From: a virus
Taxonomy: Duplodnaviria > Caudoviricetes
Virus record (IMG/VR): IMGVR_UViG_3300027804_000063
Coordinates: 1 to 64,000 of that record
Direction: 5' to 3' (one strand)
DNA: 64,000 nt
Shown: one piece after another, positions 31,577-41,123 of the stretch
Position numbering within the stretch: the stretch's first letter is position 1
Layout: each line of letters starts with the position of its first letter
The notes under the pieces: generated by a model
Told to the model about the DNA's origin: nothing
Database searches by the model: none
What the model saw: the letters and a program-made list of their open reading frames with translations, nothing else
Position numbers and translations under genes: made by a program

Positions 31577-33523
31577 GTGTCAGAGAAATATCTTTTCCTA
31601 GCCGACGACCATCTCGTTTCAACCTCGCCATACGACCGAGAAGAAGTTGAACAGATCAAAGCGATTGACGGCGCAAAGTGGGACAAAATCGCTAAAGCGT
31701 GGCGTATCCCAATGTCTTCAGTTGTTGAAGCGCGGGACTTCGCAACCCGAAACGGGTTCACCATAGATCCTCAGGTTCTGACCTTTGATCTTCCCGAGAA
31801 ACTCAACCCAACCAACGGAATAACTTTAGAAAAAGAGTTCATTTACCTGTCTTTTGCTTATGACCCCGTAAAAGTCAAAGCAGTCAAGCAAATCCCGAGC
31901 GTAACTTGGCACGCAAAAACGAAAGCGTGGCGTGCACCCGTAGCAAGCATCACCGAATGTATTGAATGGGCGGAGAAGTTCAACCAACAAGTCCCAACAA
32001 ACCTAAAAGAGATGGCGACCCAACTGAAGGAAGTGCATGATGCGTCCGTGCAACAGTCCCGATCAACAGATGCGGATCTAGAAGTCGCGGGACTGCCACT
32101 TCTTCCATACCAGCGAGCCGGAGTGAAATACGCGTCGGAGGCAAAAAGATGCTTCATCGCAGACGACATGGGGTTGGGAAAAACTTTGCAAGCGATCGCA
32201 ACTTTGGAATATGTGTGGGGTTCCTACCCTGCTGTTGTGGTTTGCCCACCGAACTTGGTGTTGAATTGGCAGAAAGAATACGCCAAATGGCTACCCGAAA
32301 GGACAGTCGTAACGGTTGTAGACCGTAAAACTTTTCCTGAACACAAAGACTTTGATGTTCTTGTTATTGGTTACTCTAACATCTCGCATTGGCAAAAGCA
32401 AATCACCAACCTCAACTTCAGGTCAGTCGTCTTTGATGAGTCACATTATGTGAAATCTCCGACGTCGCAGCGAACCAAAGCCGCGATCAAGATCGCCAGA
32501 ACAGCCCCGCGTGATGGCATCGTGTTGTGTCTGACCGGGACTCCTGTGACGAACAGACCAGCAGAGTACGCATCTCAGTTGGATGTGTTGGGGAAATTAA
32601 ACGCGTTCGGCGGACTTTGGGGTTTTTACCGAAGGTATTGCGGTGCTTTCCGCGACAGATTCGGTCAATGGAACATCAACGGCAACTCAAACTTAGATGA
32701 ACTCAACGAAAGATTGCGTGGGAACTGCTACATCCGAAGAACCAAAGAACAGGTCCTGAAGGATCTTCCTCCCGTGCGGCACGCCAATATCGTCGTGTCC
32801 GGGAGCCCCGCGCAGATGGAAGAGTACCGTAAAGCAGAGCGGGACATCGTGGAATATTTGGTGGAACGCGCCAAACAGATCGCGTTGGAGATCGGTAAAT
32901 CACCCGGGTCCGCTGCGGTTGTTGCACGCATCAAAGCCGAATCAAACGAACATTTGGTTCGTATTTCTGTGTTACGACGGCTAGCAGCAAAAGCAAAAAT
33001 GGACTCAGTTGTTGAGTTTATTGAGGCGCACCGAGACGCAGGTTTGAAAGTTGTTGTCGCAGCACATCACCGAGACGTTGTTGATGAACTCGCAAACAAG
33101 TTTGGGGGACTCAAGATCCAAGGAGGGATGCTGGTCTCAGATGTTGAAGAAGCGAAGTCCCGTTTCCAAGAAGAACCAACCGAAGATGCACCCGTGATTG
33201 TGCTCAGCATCCAAGCCGCCAAAACTGGACACACGTTGACGGCAGCCCAAGACGTTCTTTTTGTTGAACTTCCGTGGACACCCGCAGATGTAGACCAAAC
33301 ATATAGTCGTTGCCACCGCTTGGGACAGCAGGGTTCTGTGACCGCAACATATTTGTTGTGCGAAGGAACTGTTGATGAGGAGATCTACAACCTGATCAGC
33401 CGCAAACGCGGGGTTGTTGATGCGGCGACGGATGGCGGGGCTGTGGAGCGAAAGCAGGAGTCGGTTGGTCAGATGATCGTCGGATTGTTTGCACGGAGGG
33501 GACTTGATGGCATACAGTTCTGA
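31577..33523 (+). CDS. SNF2-family helicase with two N-terminal HARP-like domains
   Basis: LLPYQ, ADDMGLGKT, DESH, LTGTP, QTYSRCHRLGQ; duplicated PYD...K.I....W....KAWR. Confidence 0.9.
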   Translation: MSEKYLFLADDHLVSTSPYDREEVEQIKAIDGAKWDKIAKAWRIPMSSVVEARDFATRNGFTIDPQVLTFDLPEKLNPTNGITLEKEFIYLSFAYDPVKVKAVKQIPSVTWHAKTKAWRAPVASITECIEWAEKFNQQVPTNLKEMATQLKEVHDASVQQSRSTDADLEVAGLPLLPYQRAGVKYASEAKRCFIADDMGLGKTLQAIATLEYVWGSYPAVVVCPPNLVLNWQKEYAKWLPERTVVTVVDRKTFPEHKDFDVLVIGYSNISHWQKQITNLNFRSVVFDESHYVKSPTSQRTKAAIKIARTAPRDGIVLCLTGTPVTNRPAEYASQLDVLGKLNAFGGLWGFYRRYCGAFRDRFGQWNINGNSNLDELNERLRGNCYIRRTKEQVLKDLPPVRHANIVVSGSPAQMEEYRKAERDIVEYLVERAKQIALEIGKSPGSAAVVARIKAESNEHLVRISVLRRLAAKAKMDSVVEFIEAHRDAGLKVVVAAHHRDVVDELANKFGGLKIQGGMLVSDVEEAKSRFQEEPTEDAPVIVLSIQAAKTGHTLTAAQDVLFVELPWTPADVDQTYSRCHRLGQQGSVTATYLLCEGTVDEEIYNLISRKRGVVDAATDGGAVERKQESVGQMIVGLFARRGLDGIQF

Positions 33524-33527
33524 TCTC

Positions 33528-33603
33528 GCCCTCGTATCGGCTCACTCTTATAAGGTGTTGAAACCGTAGCGGTGACACGGTGGTTCAAATCCACCCGAGG
33601 GCA
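33528..33603 (+). tRNA. non-canonical tRNA-Ile(UAU)-like gene lacking a standard D-arm
   Basis: 7-bp acceptor GCCCTCG/CGAGGGC plus A73; T-arm GGTGG-TTCAAAT-CCACC; anticodon loop CT-TAT-AA; 8-nt D region, 20-nt variable region; CCA not encoded. Confidence 0.7.
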
Positions 33604-33741
33604 CAAAACCCTTACCCAGTATGGCGTTCATTGTTTGTTTGCGGTTTGTTTACAATCTTTGCTATACTGGAGATACAAGATTACTTGACATAGACGGGCA
33701 CAAGAGACCCGAGACCTATCCCCAAACCGAAGGACAATCTT

Positions 33742-34308
33742 TTGATACGCAAAGCAACTTTACTTATCATTTCCATATATGCCCTAACCTTCTTTGCCTC
33801 GGTCGCAAAAGCAAGCGCACCAGATGACTCCGTAAAACCGAAGTTCATCGCGTTAGCCCCGCTGTCGTCGGTAACCGCGGATCGCTTCAAAAACCCTGAA
33901 AAACCAGTGGTTTTTAGACATGGAGATATAAGTTGGTTGCCAGAACTGGCTTTGCAAGCCGGTTGGGAGCCGAAGCATCTCAGGAAACTCGGCGAAATCA
34001 TTCTTCGCGAGTCGGGTGGATGCCCGAACCGCATCGGAAGTTCCATCGTTGATGCGAACTGCAACATCACTGGGTACACGAAGGCGACCAACAAGTCCGA
34101 TACGGGGCTGTTGCAGATCAACGGCGTGAACTACAACCCCGAACGAAACAAGTGGGCGATTGCGTGCAGGGAAATGAACATTTGCACCCAAGAGCCTTTG
34201 CTTGACCCGATTAATAATCTCAAGGTTGGGAAGTTGCTGTTTGATGAGGCGGGCTGGGGTCCGTGGAATGTGTGCAACTGGAACCCGAAGGCAAAAGGCT
34301 GTAAATAA
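33742..34308 (+). CDS. secreted lytic transglycosylase (SLT-like)
   Basis: signal peptide; ILRESGG, DTGLLQIN, GWGPW. Confidence 0.85.
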   Translation: MIRKATLLIISIYALTFFASVAKASAPDDSVKPKFIALAPLSSVTADRFKNPEKPVVFRHGDISWLPELALQAGWEPKHLRKLGEIILRESGGCPNRIGSSIVDANCNITGYTKATNKSDTGLLQINGVNYNPERNKWAIACREMNICTQEPLLDPINNLKVGKLLFDEAGWGPWNVCNWNPKAKGCK

Positions 34309-34332
34309 AGGGAAATATTTTATTTTTATAGG

Positions 34333-34361
34333 TTGACATCAACCCTTTCCTCGTATAAACT
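34333..34361 (+). promoter_or_regulatory. sigma-A-type promoter of the DUF932 gene
   Basis: TTGACA-N17-TAAACT. Confidence 0.7.
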
Positions 34362-34399
34362 ATTCTGTATAAACTAAACAGAAGCCGAGGAGGTATCTG

Positions 34400-35425
34400 A
34401 TGGCAGCAAATATAGAAGTAAACAAGGACGGAACAGCACGATTCGCATACGCGGGTCCGCAAACACCGTGGCACCGACTAGGAAAGTCAATGAACGGTCT
34501 CCAAACCATTGACGCAATGTTGGAAGCGGCACAAGCGGACTATCAGGTGTTACTCACCAAGATCGCAGTCGTGGACGACGACGGCAACCTAATCCGAAAC
34601 CCTGACGGCACACCCGTAGTCCTAGAGGACAACAAGGCAACCGTCCGAATGAACGACGACGGTTCTTTCTCCCCATTCGCAACAGTCGGCAATCGTTACG
34701 ATGTCCGACAGAACCGAGAAGTACTTGAGCGTGCGATGGCAGTCGTAGGCGCATCTAGGGGCGACGCAGTGATTGACACTTGCGGTGTTCTCAAGGGCGG
34801 AGCACGATTCTTTGCGGGTATTGACTTGGGAACCCTTGTCATTGACCCAACGGGTGTGAACGACAAGATCGCACGATACCTCGTGGTCTCACACGGACAC
34901 GACGGTTACTGGCCGATTCGGTACGCAAATACCGATGTTCGGGCAGTATGTCAAAACACCGTAATCATGGGTATCAAGAACGCAGAGCGTCTTTTCACCG
35001 CACGACACACCCGTAACGCAGACGAATATCTCAACACCGCACAAGAGGCGTTGCAGATCTCTACCGAATGGGCAAAGAACTTCAAAATCATGGCAGAACA
35101 AATGTTGGCAATCCCCGTCCCTCAAGCATCACAGCGAGTGGACAAGGTTCTCAACACAGTGTTCCCAATCAAAGCAACGGAAACAGATTCTCAGCGACGC
35201 AACCGTGAAGAAATCACAGGAACTATCCGTGCGTTGTACGGTTCACAGAAGAACGCAGGCGGTTACGGTTTCAACGGTTGGAGTATCTACAACTCTGTAG
35301 TTGAATATCTTGACCACCATCGCAAGGGCGACGCAAGTGACCGAGCATTGGCAACCATTGAAGAATATTCTTGGGTGAACAAAGCAAAAATCACAGCACA
35401 GCACGCAGTGTTGGAACTCGCATAA
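34400..35425 (+). CDS. DUF932 (phage/plasmid TIGR03299-like) protein
   Basis: PWHRLG, VGNRY...QN, RAVCQNT, WSIYNSVVEYLDH. Confidence 0.9.
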   Translation: MAANIEVNKDGTARFAYAGPQTPWHRLGKSMNGLQTIDAMLEAAQADYQVLLTKIAVVDDDGNLIRNPDGTPVVLEDNKATVRMNDDGSFSPFATVGNRYDVRQNREVLERAMAVVGASRGDAVIDTCGVLKGGARFFAGIDLGTLVIDPTGVNDKIARYLVVSHGHDGYWPIRYANTDVRAVCQNTVIMGIKNAERLFTARHTRNADEYLNTAQEALQISTEWAKNFKIMAEQMLAIPVPQASQRVDKVLNTVFPIKATETDSQRRNREEITGTIRALYGSQKNAGGYGFNGWSIYNSVVEYLDHHRKGDASDRALATIEEYSWVNKAKITAQHAVLELA

Positions 35426-35451
35426 ATCTCACATCTCCTTGTTGAGACTTG

Positions 35452-35487
35452 GATGCCACCCCTTAATCGGGGTGGTATTCTTGTTTT
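35452..35487 (+). terminator. intrinsic terminator
   Basis: GATGCCACCCC/GGGGTGGTATT stem, T-rich tail. Confidence 0.65.
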
Positions 35488-35934
35488 ATGGACGACGCTG
35501 AGTGGGACGAGTTCAAAGGCGAAAAGATAGAACTCCCACCCGTCGCAATACCCAAAGACCTACTGAAAGAGTTAGCAGAGTTCGTGCAGAACGCTTTAGA
35601 GAAAGAAAACAAAGTGATGAGCCTCACCACCGAAGTATTAGACGAACTATACCGAGAGATACAAGACGAAGATATAGCCGCCTCACACATCATCTCTTAC
35701 ATACAACGCAGACACCATTGGGATATTGAACTGCTCGCCGAACGCCAAGATGTAGACAATATGCTGATGGCACAGTTCAACCTGTTTGATGAACATATGT
35801 GGGATAAAGTGATGAATACCACCGCCATCTCAGATCTACACCACGAGACCTACAAACTGTCCCAAAAATATATTGCACGCGCGATCGCCGAAGTGCTCGC
35901 CAAAGACGGGACTGGCGAACAACCAGCGTTCTAA
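35488..35934 (+). CDS. hypothetical protein
   Basis: 148 aa ORF. Confidence 0.65.
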   Translation: MDDAEWDEFKGEKIELPPVAIPKDLLKELAEFVQNALEKENKVMSLTTEVLDELYREIQDEDIAASHIISYIQRRHHWDIELLAERQDVDNMLMAQFNLFDEHMWDKVMNTTAISDLHHETYKLSQKYIARAIAEVLAKDGTGEQPAF

Positions 35935-36182
35935 GCGAGATCCTCCTCAAGCGGATCGCCGTCAATAATCTCCAAAGAAGCAGTAAACCGAGTTCCTTCT
36001 TCGTTATCTACAGATGTAACCGTAAAACCAAGCGAATCAAGCATCAAATCAGCCACCCCACCCATGTCGTCCTCAAACTGTGCGACTTCTTCGTCGGTGG
36101 TTTCATCATCAACTGCGAGGGACACGAGGATCTCCATCAGCAGATCGCGGACTTTTAGGCGGGTTTCTTCAGGTGTTGGCAT
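35931..36182 (-). CDS. acidic hypothetical protein
   Basis: convergent ORF; ATG 6-7 nt after a TANNNT-like hexamer. Confidence 0.6.
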   Translation of the reverse strand: MPTPEETRLKVRDLLMEILVSLAVDDETTDEEVAQFEDDMGGVADLMLDSLGFTVTSVDNEEGTRFTASLEIIDGDPLEEDLA

Positions 36183-36265
36183 GGTTGCATCATAGTCCCG
36201 CGTCGGCTATAGTGATTGCAACTACCCAACCAAAAGGGTTGGGATTTACACTAGGAGGATCCGAA

Positions 36266-36733
36266 GTGAGTGCATCACCCGTAACGCTGGTTGGGAATCT
36301 AACCGCCGACCCAGAACTGAAGTTTCTACCAACAGGAGTTGGTAAGTTGGCTTTCAGTATCGCAGTAAACCATTATTGGACTGACCAAGATGGTGAAAAG
36401 CAGGAGAAAACCTCCTTTTTCAATGTTGTTGCATGGCGCAACCTTGCCGAAGATGCCGCGAATGTGCTCGCCAAAGGCGTGCGTGTTGTGGTGACGGGAC
36501 GGTTGGAGCAACGCTCGTGGGACGACAAAGAGTCAGGTGCAAAGCGATCAACAGTTGAAGTTCTCGCCGACAACATTGGTTTGTCTGTTGGGAACATTGA
36601 CTCGTTCGTCAGGAAGCAGAAGGCTGAAGGCGGTGCTCAGTTCACCCCGAAAGCAAAGACCGCAACCGCGCCTGCACGCAACAAACCACAGCCGATGGCT
36701 CAAGTCCAACTTGAAGAAGAAGAGGCTTGGTAA
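36266..36733 (+). CDS. ssb: single-stranded DNA-binding protein
   Basis: GTG after AGGAGG; VTLVGNLTADPELKF, KGVRVVVTGRLEQRSW, acidic EEEAW tail. Confidence 0.95.
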   Translation: MSASPVTLVGNLTADPELKFLPTGVGKLAFSIAVNHYWTDQDGEKQEKTSFFNVVAWRNLAEDAANVLAKGVRVVVTGRLEQRSWDDKESGAKRSTVEVLADNIGLSVGNIDSFVRKQKAEGGAQFTPKAKTATAPARNKPQPMAQVQLEEEEAW

Positions 36734-36886
36734 AAGATGCGTCCGCAACCAACTCTTGTGAGTTGGGGTAAACCACGATCCATGTGGCGGAGGACGTTGG
36801 GCGTGCTAGTCCCGTTCGCGTTCTTCTGCTTCGTGTTTGCGCTGGTTATGTGCGCGTGTTTTTTACTTTTGGTGAAGTAAGTCTGT

Positions 36887-36923
36887 CCCCCAATAAACCC
36901 TACCCGTGAGTGGGTTTGGGGGG
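36887..36923. terminator. hairpin between convergent genes
   Basis: CCCCCAA.AAACCC/GGGTTTGGGGGG. Confidence 0.55.
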
Positions 36924-36927
36924 CGCA

Positions 36928-37320
36928 TCAAATGGTTTCAATCTTGAATGATGTGTCAATGCTTTCCATCAACGGTCGGAGGTTTTCTTTTGCCTGTTCG
37001 TTGGTGTTACACCTCGTGTAGAGGTCTATTGTCGCTTCGTCTACTGCGAAGTCCGCTTCGTGTCCGTCTGCTGTTCCGCGACTGAGAACAATGTCGCCGA
37101 CGAGTACTTGGTTGAACAGGTATGTCATCGCGACATTTATTTCCTGCTTGCGAAGTAAACCTTCGTCGTGGACATATGCGTGTAAATCTTTGCGGAGTGG
37201 GTGTCTGACGAGATCAAACCATCCGCCAACCATGTGATGGATCATGATGTGTGCGTCGTCCACGGGGAGTTCAATGTGTCGGACTTCGCCGTTTGCTCTA
37301 ACTAGTAGTGCTGATGTCAT
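36928..37320 (-). CDS. DUF3846-like protein
   Basis: VGGWFDLV...YVHDEGL...N...LVGDIV. Confidence 0.75.
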   Translation of the reverse strand: MTSALLVRANGEVRHIELPVDDAHIMIHHMVGGWFDLVRHPLRKDLHAYVHDEGLLRKQEINVAMTYLFNQVLVGDIVLSRGTADGHEADFAVDEATIDLYTRCNTNEQAKENLRPLMESIDTSFKIETI

Positions 37321-37672
37321 TTGCTGTTTCCTTTATTGTGTGATCGTATTCTTTGTCTAGGTTTTCCATGCGTTCGGGGAGATAGAACTCGTGTGTTGCG
37401 CGCGCAATGTAAGGGTTGCGCAACGGTTGCCATACGAGATGAACGCCTCGTGGGAGATAGTTTTTACACCATTCTGACGCTTCCACGCCGTCTTGGAACG
37501 GACCGTACATTTTCATTGTTCTGTCCATATAGATCAACGCGACTAACGGTATGTCAATGAAATGTTTTGTGAGATGTTCTGTTACGCGTTGTATTACTTT
37601 TTGGTGTTCTGCGAATGTGTCCCATTCATTGAAGTATGTTTCGCTCAGTTCGTCAAAGTATTGGTCGCTCAT
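37298..37672 (-). CDS. hypothetical protein
   Basis: ATGA overlap at 37669-37672. Confidence 0.6.
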   Translation of the reverse strand: MSDQYFDELSETYFNEWDTFAEHQKVIQRVTEHLTKHFIDIPLVALIYMDRTMKMYGPFQDGVEASEWCKNYLPRGVHLVWQPLRNPYIARATHEFYLPERMENLDKEYDHTIKETANDISTTS

Positions 37673-37938
37673 TTGATTGCGTTTGCCCATTCTTCTTCTG
37701 TTGGTGGTTGTGGTGTTGCTATCACAACGGTTTCGTTTTTGAGGTTATGTGCGACTACCCGTTCACGCTGAACAAGCAGTGTGATATCACCCGAGTATTC
37801 GTAGTAGTAGTCACCGAGGTCTACCGCACCGCATTTTGTATCTGCTACAAACTGTGCGTATGCGAGTAGACGATCGGCTTCTGTCTCGTATTCGTCTTTG
37901 GGACGAGCGAGTGGCATCTGCTCTTTTGGTTTACGCAT
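37669..37938 (-). CDS. hypothetical protein
   Basis: ATG 37938 overlapping the upstream stop. Confidence 0.55.
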   Translation of the reverse strand: MRKPKEQMPLARPKDEYETEADRLLAYAQFVADTKCGAVDLGDYYYEYSGDITLLVQRERVVAHNLKNETVVIATPQPPTEEEWANAIK

Positions 37939-38704
37939 ATTCCACTTCGTTGTATGCGTCAAGGTCTGCTTCGCCGAGATCAAAGATGAGAACACTGTCC
38001 TCACCCATTGTGTCGCGTCCGAGAACGCTGACTTCGGTTTCGCCGTCCTTCCAATCAACCCGTGTGTGGTGGTGTCCGCAGATGTGGAACTGTGGTGTCA
38101 CCTTGTCAAGGATTTCTTTTACAAGATGTCGCTGTGCGATAGATACTTGAATGTCGTCCTTGTAGGTGATTTTGTTCCCGTTGTCATACGGTGCTTCGTG
38201 GGTCATCAAGATATCAACGGGTTCGTTGCTGATGAGATCAACATCAAACGGGTTGATGAGTTCGCCACGCCACCACGATTCGCCTTCCACACGGTCTAAC
38301 CAATCAACTGAGTACGCACCTCCGTAACCCATAAAGGTTGTTTCGTTGATTTGGAAACGACATCCACGAGGAATGTACTGTAACCATTCGTTAGGTGTTG
38401 GTATCGGGTTGTTGCGTCCGTTGCAAGTTGTGAGGTCACGAATGATGTCGTGGTTCTCATGGTTTCCGTCAATCCACAGAAACTTGATCTGTGCTTGTTC
38501 TGCGAGTTCTGCGACACGGTTCACGAACTTGCGTCCGAATGGTTTGTGTACCCAATATCCGAAGTCGCCTACCGAGATGATGTGCGTTACTTCGTTCTGT
38601 TGTGCGTGCCTGATTACCCACTCGGCGTGTTCAATGTTGCCGTGGATGTCGCCTGCGAACATTACCCGTTGGTTGTTCTGTTTAGGGTTTAGTAGTTGTT
38701 TCAT
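37931..38704 (-). CDS. calcineurin-like metallophosphoesterase
   Basis: GDIHG, VGDFG, DGNHENH, THEAP, CGHHH; leaderless start. Confidence 0.9.
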   Translation of the reverse strand: MKQLLNPKQNNQRVMFAGDIHGNIEHAEWVIRHAQQNEVTHIISVGDFGYWVHKPFGRKFVNRVAELAEQAQIKFLWIDGNHENHDIIRDLTTCNGRNNPIPTPNEWLQYIPRGCRFQINETTFMGYGGAYSVDWLDRVEGESWWRGELINPFDVDLISNEPVDILMTHEAPYDNGNKITYKDDIQVSIAQRHLVKEILDKVTPQFHICGHHHTRVDWKDGETEVSVLGRDTMGEDSVLIFDLGEADLDAYNEVEYA

Positions 38705-38711
38705 ATATATA

Positions 38712-38740
38712 AGTATATACGGGTACTGTCATATTGTCAA
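38712..38740 (-). promoter_or_regulatory. sigma-A-type leaderless promoter
   Basis: TTGACA-N17-TATACT-N7-ATG. Confidence 0.8.
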
Positions 38741-38805
38741 CCCCATAAATGCCCTATTTTTAGCGGTTTCCCGTGATATATCCACAAGTAAGGTAGTGTA
38801 TTTAT

Positions 38806-39234
38806 ATGGCTGAAACCCCCACCCCCCAAGAACTGATCTCCCGAATGCCCGAGGATTTCGTAGACCTAATCGGAAGATTTATCGGCGACCCCGACATAAA
38901 CACCGACCATCTTGACGTTCAAGAACTGATGCCGTCCCAACCGTGCGTAGCGTTGATCGCCAACCATTTAGGACTAGGAAAAGAACTACTCGGGACTGCT
39001 GAGTTGGATCAAGCAAAAGCATGGCTAGATGAGCAAATCAGTTGGCAAGACAGGTCTGTTGCGGTACAAAAGAAACTCGCAGAAAAAGCCCCCTTCGGTG
39101 AAGAACAAGCAATAAAAGGCGAAATCCCTATGTGGATGAACGCAAAATGGGCTCCGATGCTGTTGTTCCAATGGTCAGACGGCTTGCGTGACGCAGTTCT
39201 CCAAGCAGAAGAATATGTAGAGGAAGTTCTATGA
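38806..39234 (+). CDS. hypothetical protein
   Basis: ATG 6 nt after TAGTGT. Confidence 0.65.
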   Translation: MAETPTPQELISRMPEDFVDLIGRFIGDPDINTDHLDVQELMPSQPCVALIANHLGLGKELLGTAELDQAKAWLDEQISWQDRSVAVQKKLAEKAPFGEEQAIKGEIPMWMNAKWAPMLLFQWSDGLRDAVLQAEEYVEEVL

Positions 39235-39605
39235 GCGACACCCCCGACAACCTAGAAGTAGCAATGAACAAAGTCGCCGAGGACTTGACTCCGACGCGAT
39301 CGCGTGCAGTTGGGAAAAAGAAGAAAAGTGAAGACGGGACTGAACTTTCTTCAACAGCACAAGAACAGGTGTTGTTTCGCGCTTCAACTGAGGACAAACA
39401 GAAATGGGAGGAATGCGCCAAACATTTGGGTATTTCTTTGGCTGAGTTTCTGCGTGTTTCCGCAAACGAAAAGGCTGAAAATGCGATGAAAGGTTGCGAA
39501 CACCCGTTGGCTTTCCGCCGATCTTTCCCGTGGATGGAAGAATGCTTGAAATGCGGTGTACGACTCCGCAACGAAGACAGAACAACTTATCAAAATCGTC
39601 GCTAG
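39231..39605 (+). CDS. RHH-like DNA-binding protein with Zn ribbon
   Basis: VLFRASTEDKQKWEECAKHLGISLAEFLR; CEH...CLKC. Confidence 0.65.
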   Translation: MSDTPDNLEVAMNKVAEDLTPTRSRAVGKKKKSEDGTELSSTAQEQVLFRASTEDKQKWEECAKHLGISLAEFLRVSANEKAENAMKGCEHPLAFRRSFPWMEECLKCGVRLRNEDRTTYQNRR

Positions 39606-39958
39606 TGAAGCCCCGCAAACCGCTCAAACGAACGCCACTCAAACGATCAACTAAACCGATCAAGAAGAAGTCGGCTAAACGGGAAGTCGCTGATGTAGAA
39701 CGACGCATCTTTGTTGCAATGATGCTGAAAAAACACCCGTATTGTGTTGCGTGTCCTGTGTTCGCTGAACATGATGGCTTAGTTGCGTATGTTCGCCGTC
39801 CTTCGCGTGACATTCACGAGTTGGTGCGACGATCTCAGGGCGGATCAGTGGTTAGTGAAGATAACTGTATTGCTGTGTGTCGGGACTGTCACAACAGGAT
39901 CGGCAACTATCCTCAGTTGGCTTTTGATTTGGGGTTAGCGAAACACTCGTGGGAATAA
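39605..39958 (+). CDS. HNH endonuclease-like protein
   Basis: GTG 39605; CVAC...DIHE...SQGG...NCIAVCRDCHN. Confidence 0.8.
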   Translation: MKPRKPLKRTPLKRSTKPIKKKSAKREVADVERRIFVAMMLKKHPYCVACPVFAEHDGLVAYVRRPSRDIHELVRRSQGGSVVSEDNCIAVCRDCHNRIGNYPQLAFDLGLAKHSWE

Positions 39959-40055
39959 CACCCGTAGCGTTATCGGCGGTGACGGCGGTTGTAGCGAACA
40001 CCTTTGTTGTATAGCCACACACCCACTATCACAAGTAGTAAACCCGTCACGAAGT

Positions 40056-40592
40056 TCATTGTGTTTTCCCTCTCTTACAGAACTCTATATATCTAGACAT
40101 TACGAAGTCTACGAACTCAGACTTTACCACTCCGTCCTCAATATCTTTGAGAACAGTGAACTCAGGTAAACCATTGTCATCATAAACATAGGTGACACAC
40201 TTACCTGCGCTACCCCCATCATACCCATAGGTCGCTACAGTCAATGCCTCAGAAACAGGTGCGTTCGGGTTGTTCTTGTACTCACGCTCTAGATCACCAC
40301 GCTTATAACCCGTGACACTATCCACCTTTTTGAGACGAACATAACTATCCACAACGATACTTACAGTGTCAAACTCATCTAAACCATCATTGTATGCGTC
40401 ACTCAACACATCAGGTAACGACTCAAAAGGGTGACCATCTTTACCACTTTGACGACACTCAAACATATCGCCCTTCTGAAACACAACGAAAGACTGCATA
40501 TCGCTAATGCCATTGTCTTCCTTACATATCTCAGTCTTACGAAGTTGTGCGATCTTCGCTATCTTCTCTACCTCTACAAGTACATCTATCAC
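40056..40592 (-). CDS. hypothetical protein
   Basis: 178 aa globular-looking ORF. Confidence 0.65.
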   Translation of the reverse strand: MIDVLVEVEKIAKIAQLRKTEICKEDNGISDMQSFVVFQKGDMFECRQSGKDGHPFESLPDVLSDAYNDGLDEFDTVSIVVDSYVRLKKVDSVTGYKRGDLEREYKNNPNAPVSEALTVATYGYDGGSAGKCVTYVYDDNGLPEFTVLKDIEDGVVKSEFVDFVMSRYIEFCKRGKTQ

Positions 40593-40861
40593 TTTACCCG
40601 TGTGCTCCTTTTTCGTTCAACGCTAAGACACGCTCTCAACGCTTCTTGTCTAGTTTCATGTGTAGACAACGGCATATTGCCACACTGTGTATCTATCACC
40701 AACCATTTAGTAGATGGATATCTATCAGGTGATATGTCGTATCTGTCGTTCATTGTGCTCCTATCAGTAACACGATCAGGCATAGCGTCATTGTCGCTAC
40801 ACCTATCAGTGCGTCTGTGTGTATGTCTAGTAACCAACTCATATGACAAACTATATAACAC
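40589..40861 (-). CDS. hypothetical protein (start uncertain)
   Basis: GTGA overlap with the downstream gene. Confidence 0.4.
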   Translation of the reverse strand: MLYSLSYELVTRHTHRRTDRCSDNDAMPDRVTDRSTMNDRYDISPDRYPSTKWLVIDTQCGNMPLSTHETRQEALRACLSVERKRSTRVK

Positions 40862-40904
40862 TATCAGTCATATGTCAAGTATCACCCGCAAACCACCCGT
40901 AGCA

Positions 40905-41123
40905 CTACCGCTCAACCCTCCACCTCAACCCCAAACCCCTACGCCTCGCATTCGCCTCCAACCTACGAGACCGCTCAGGCTCAGGCAACAACAAATACTG
41001 CGCCACACGCTTAGCATTCTTTCTCTCACGCTCATACTCACGCCTATGCAAACGCTTCGCCTCAGAATCCTCACGATGACACCGTTGCCACTCCCTATGA
41101 TCTGAAATATTTTTGTAAGGCAC
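40905..41123 (-). CDS. Arg/Glu-rich hypothetical protein
   Basis: GTG 41123; PYKN...REWQR...RREYERER. Confidence 0.5.
   Translation of the reverse strand: MPYKNISDHREWQRCHREDSEAKRLHRREYERERKNAKRVAQYLLLPEPERSRRLEANARRRGLGLRWRVER

Noticed and set aside
33528-33603. tmRNA or Y-RNA identity for the tRNA-like gene
   Set aside because: It has a complete anticodon arm, no tag reading frame, no G3-U70 pair, and no Ro/rsr gene nearby.
40431-41105. 224-aa + strand ORF
   Set aside because: Antisense to three plausible minus-strand genes and compositionally biased.
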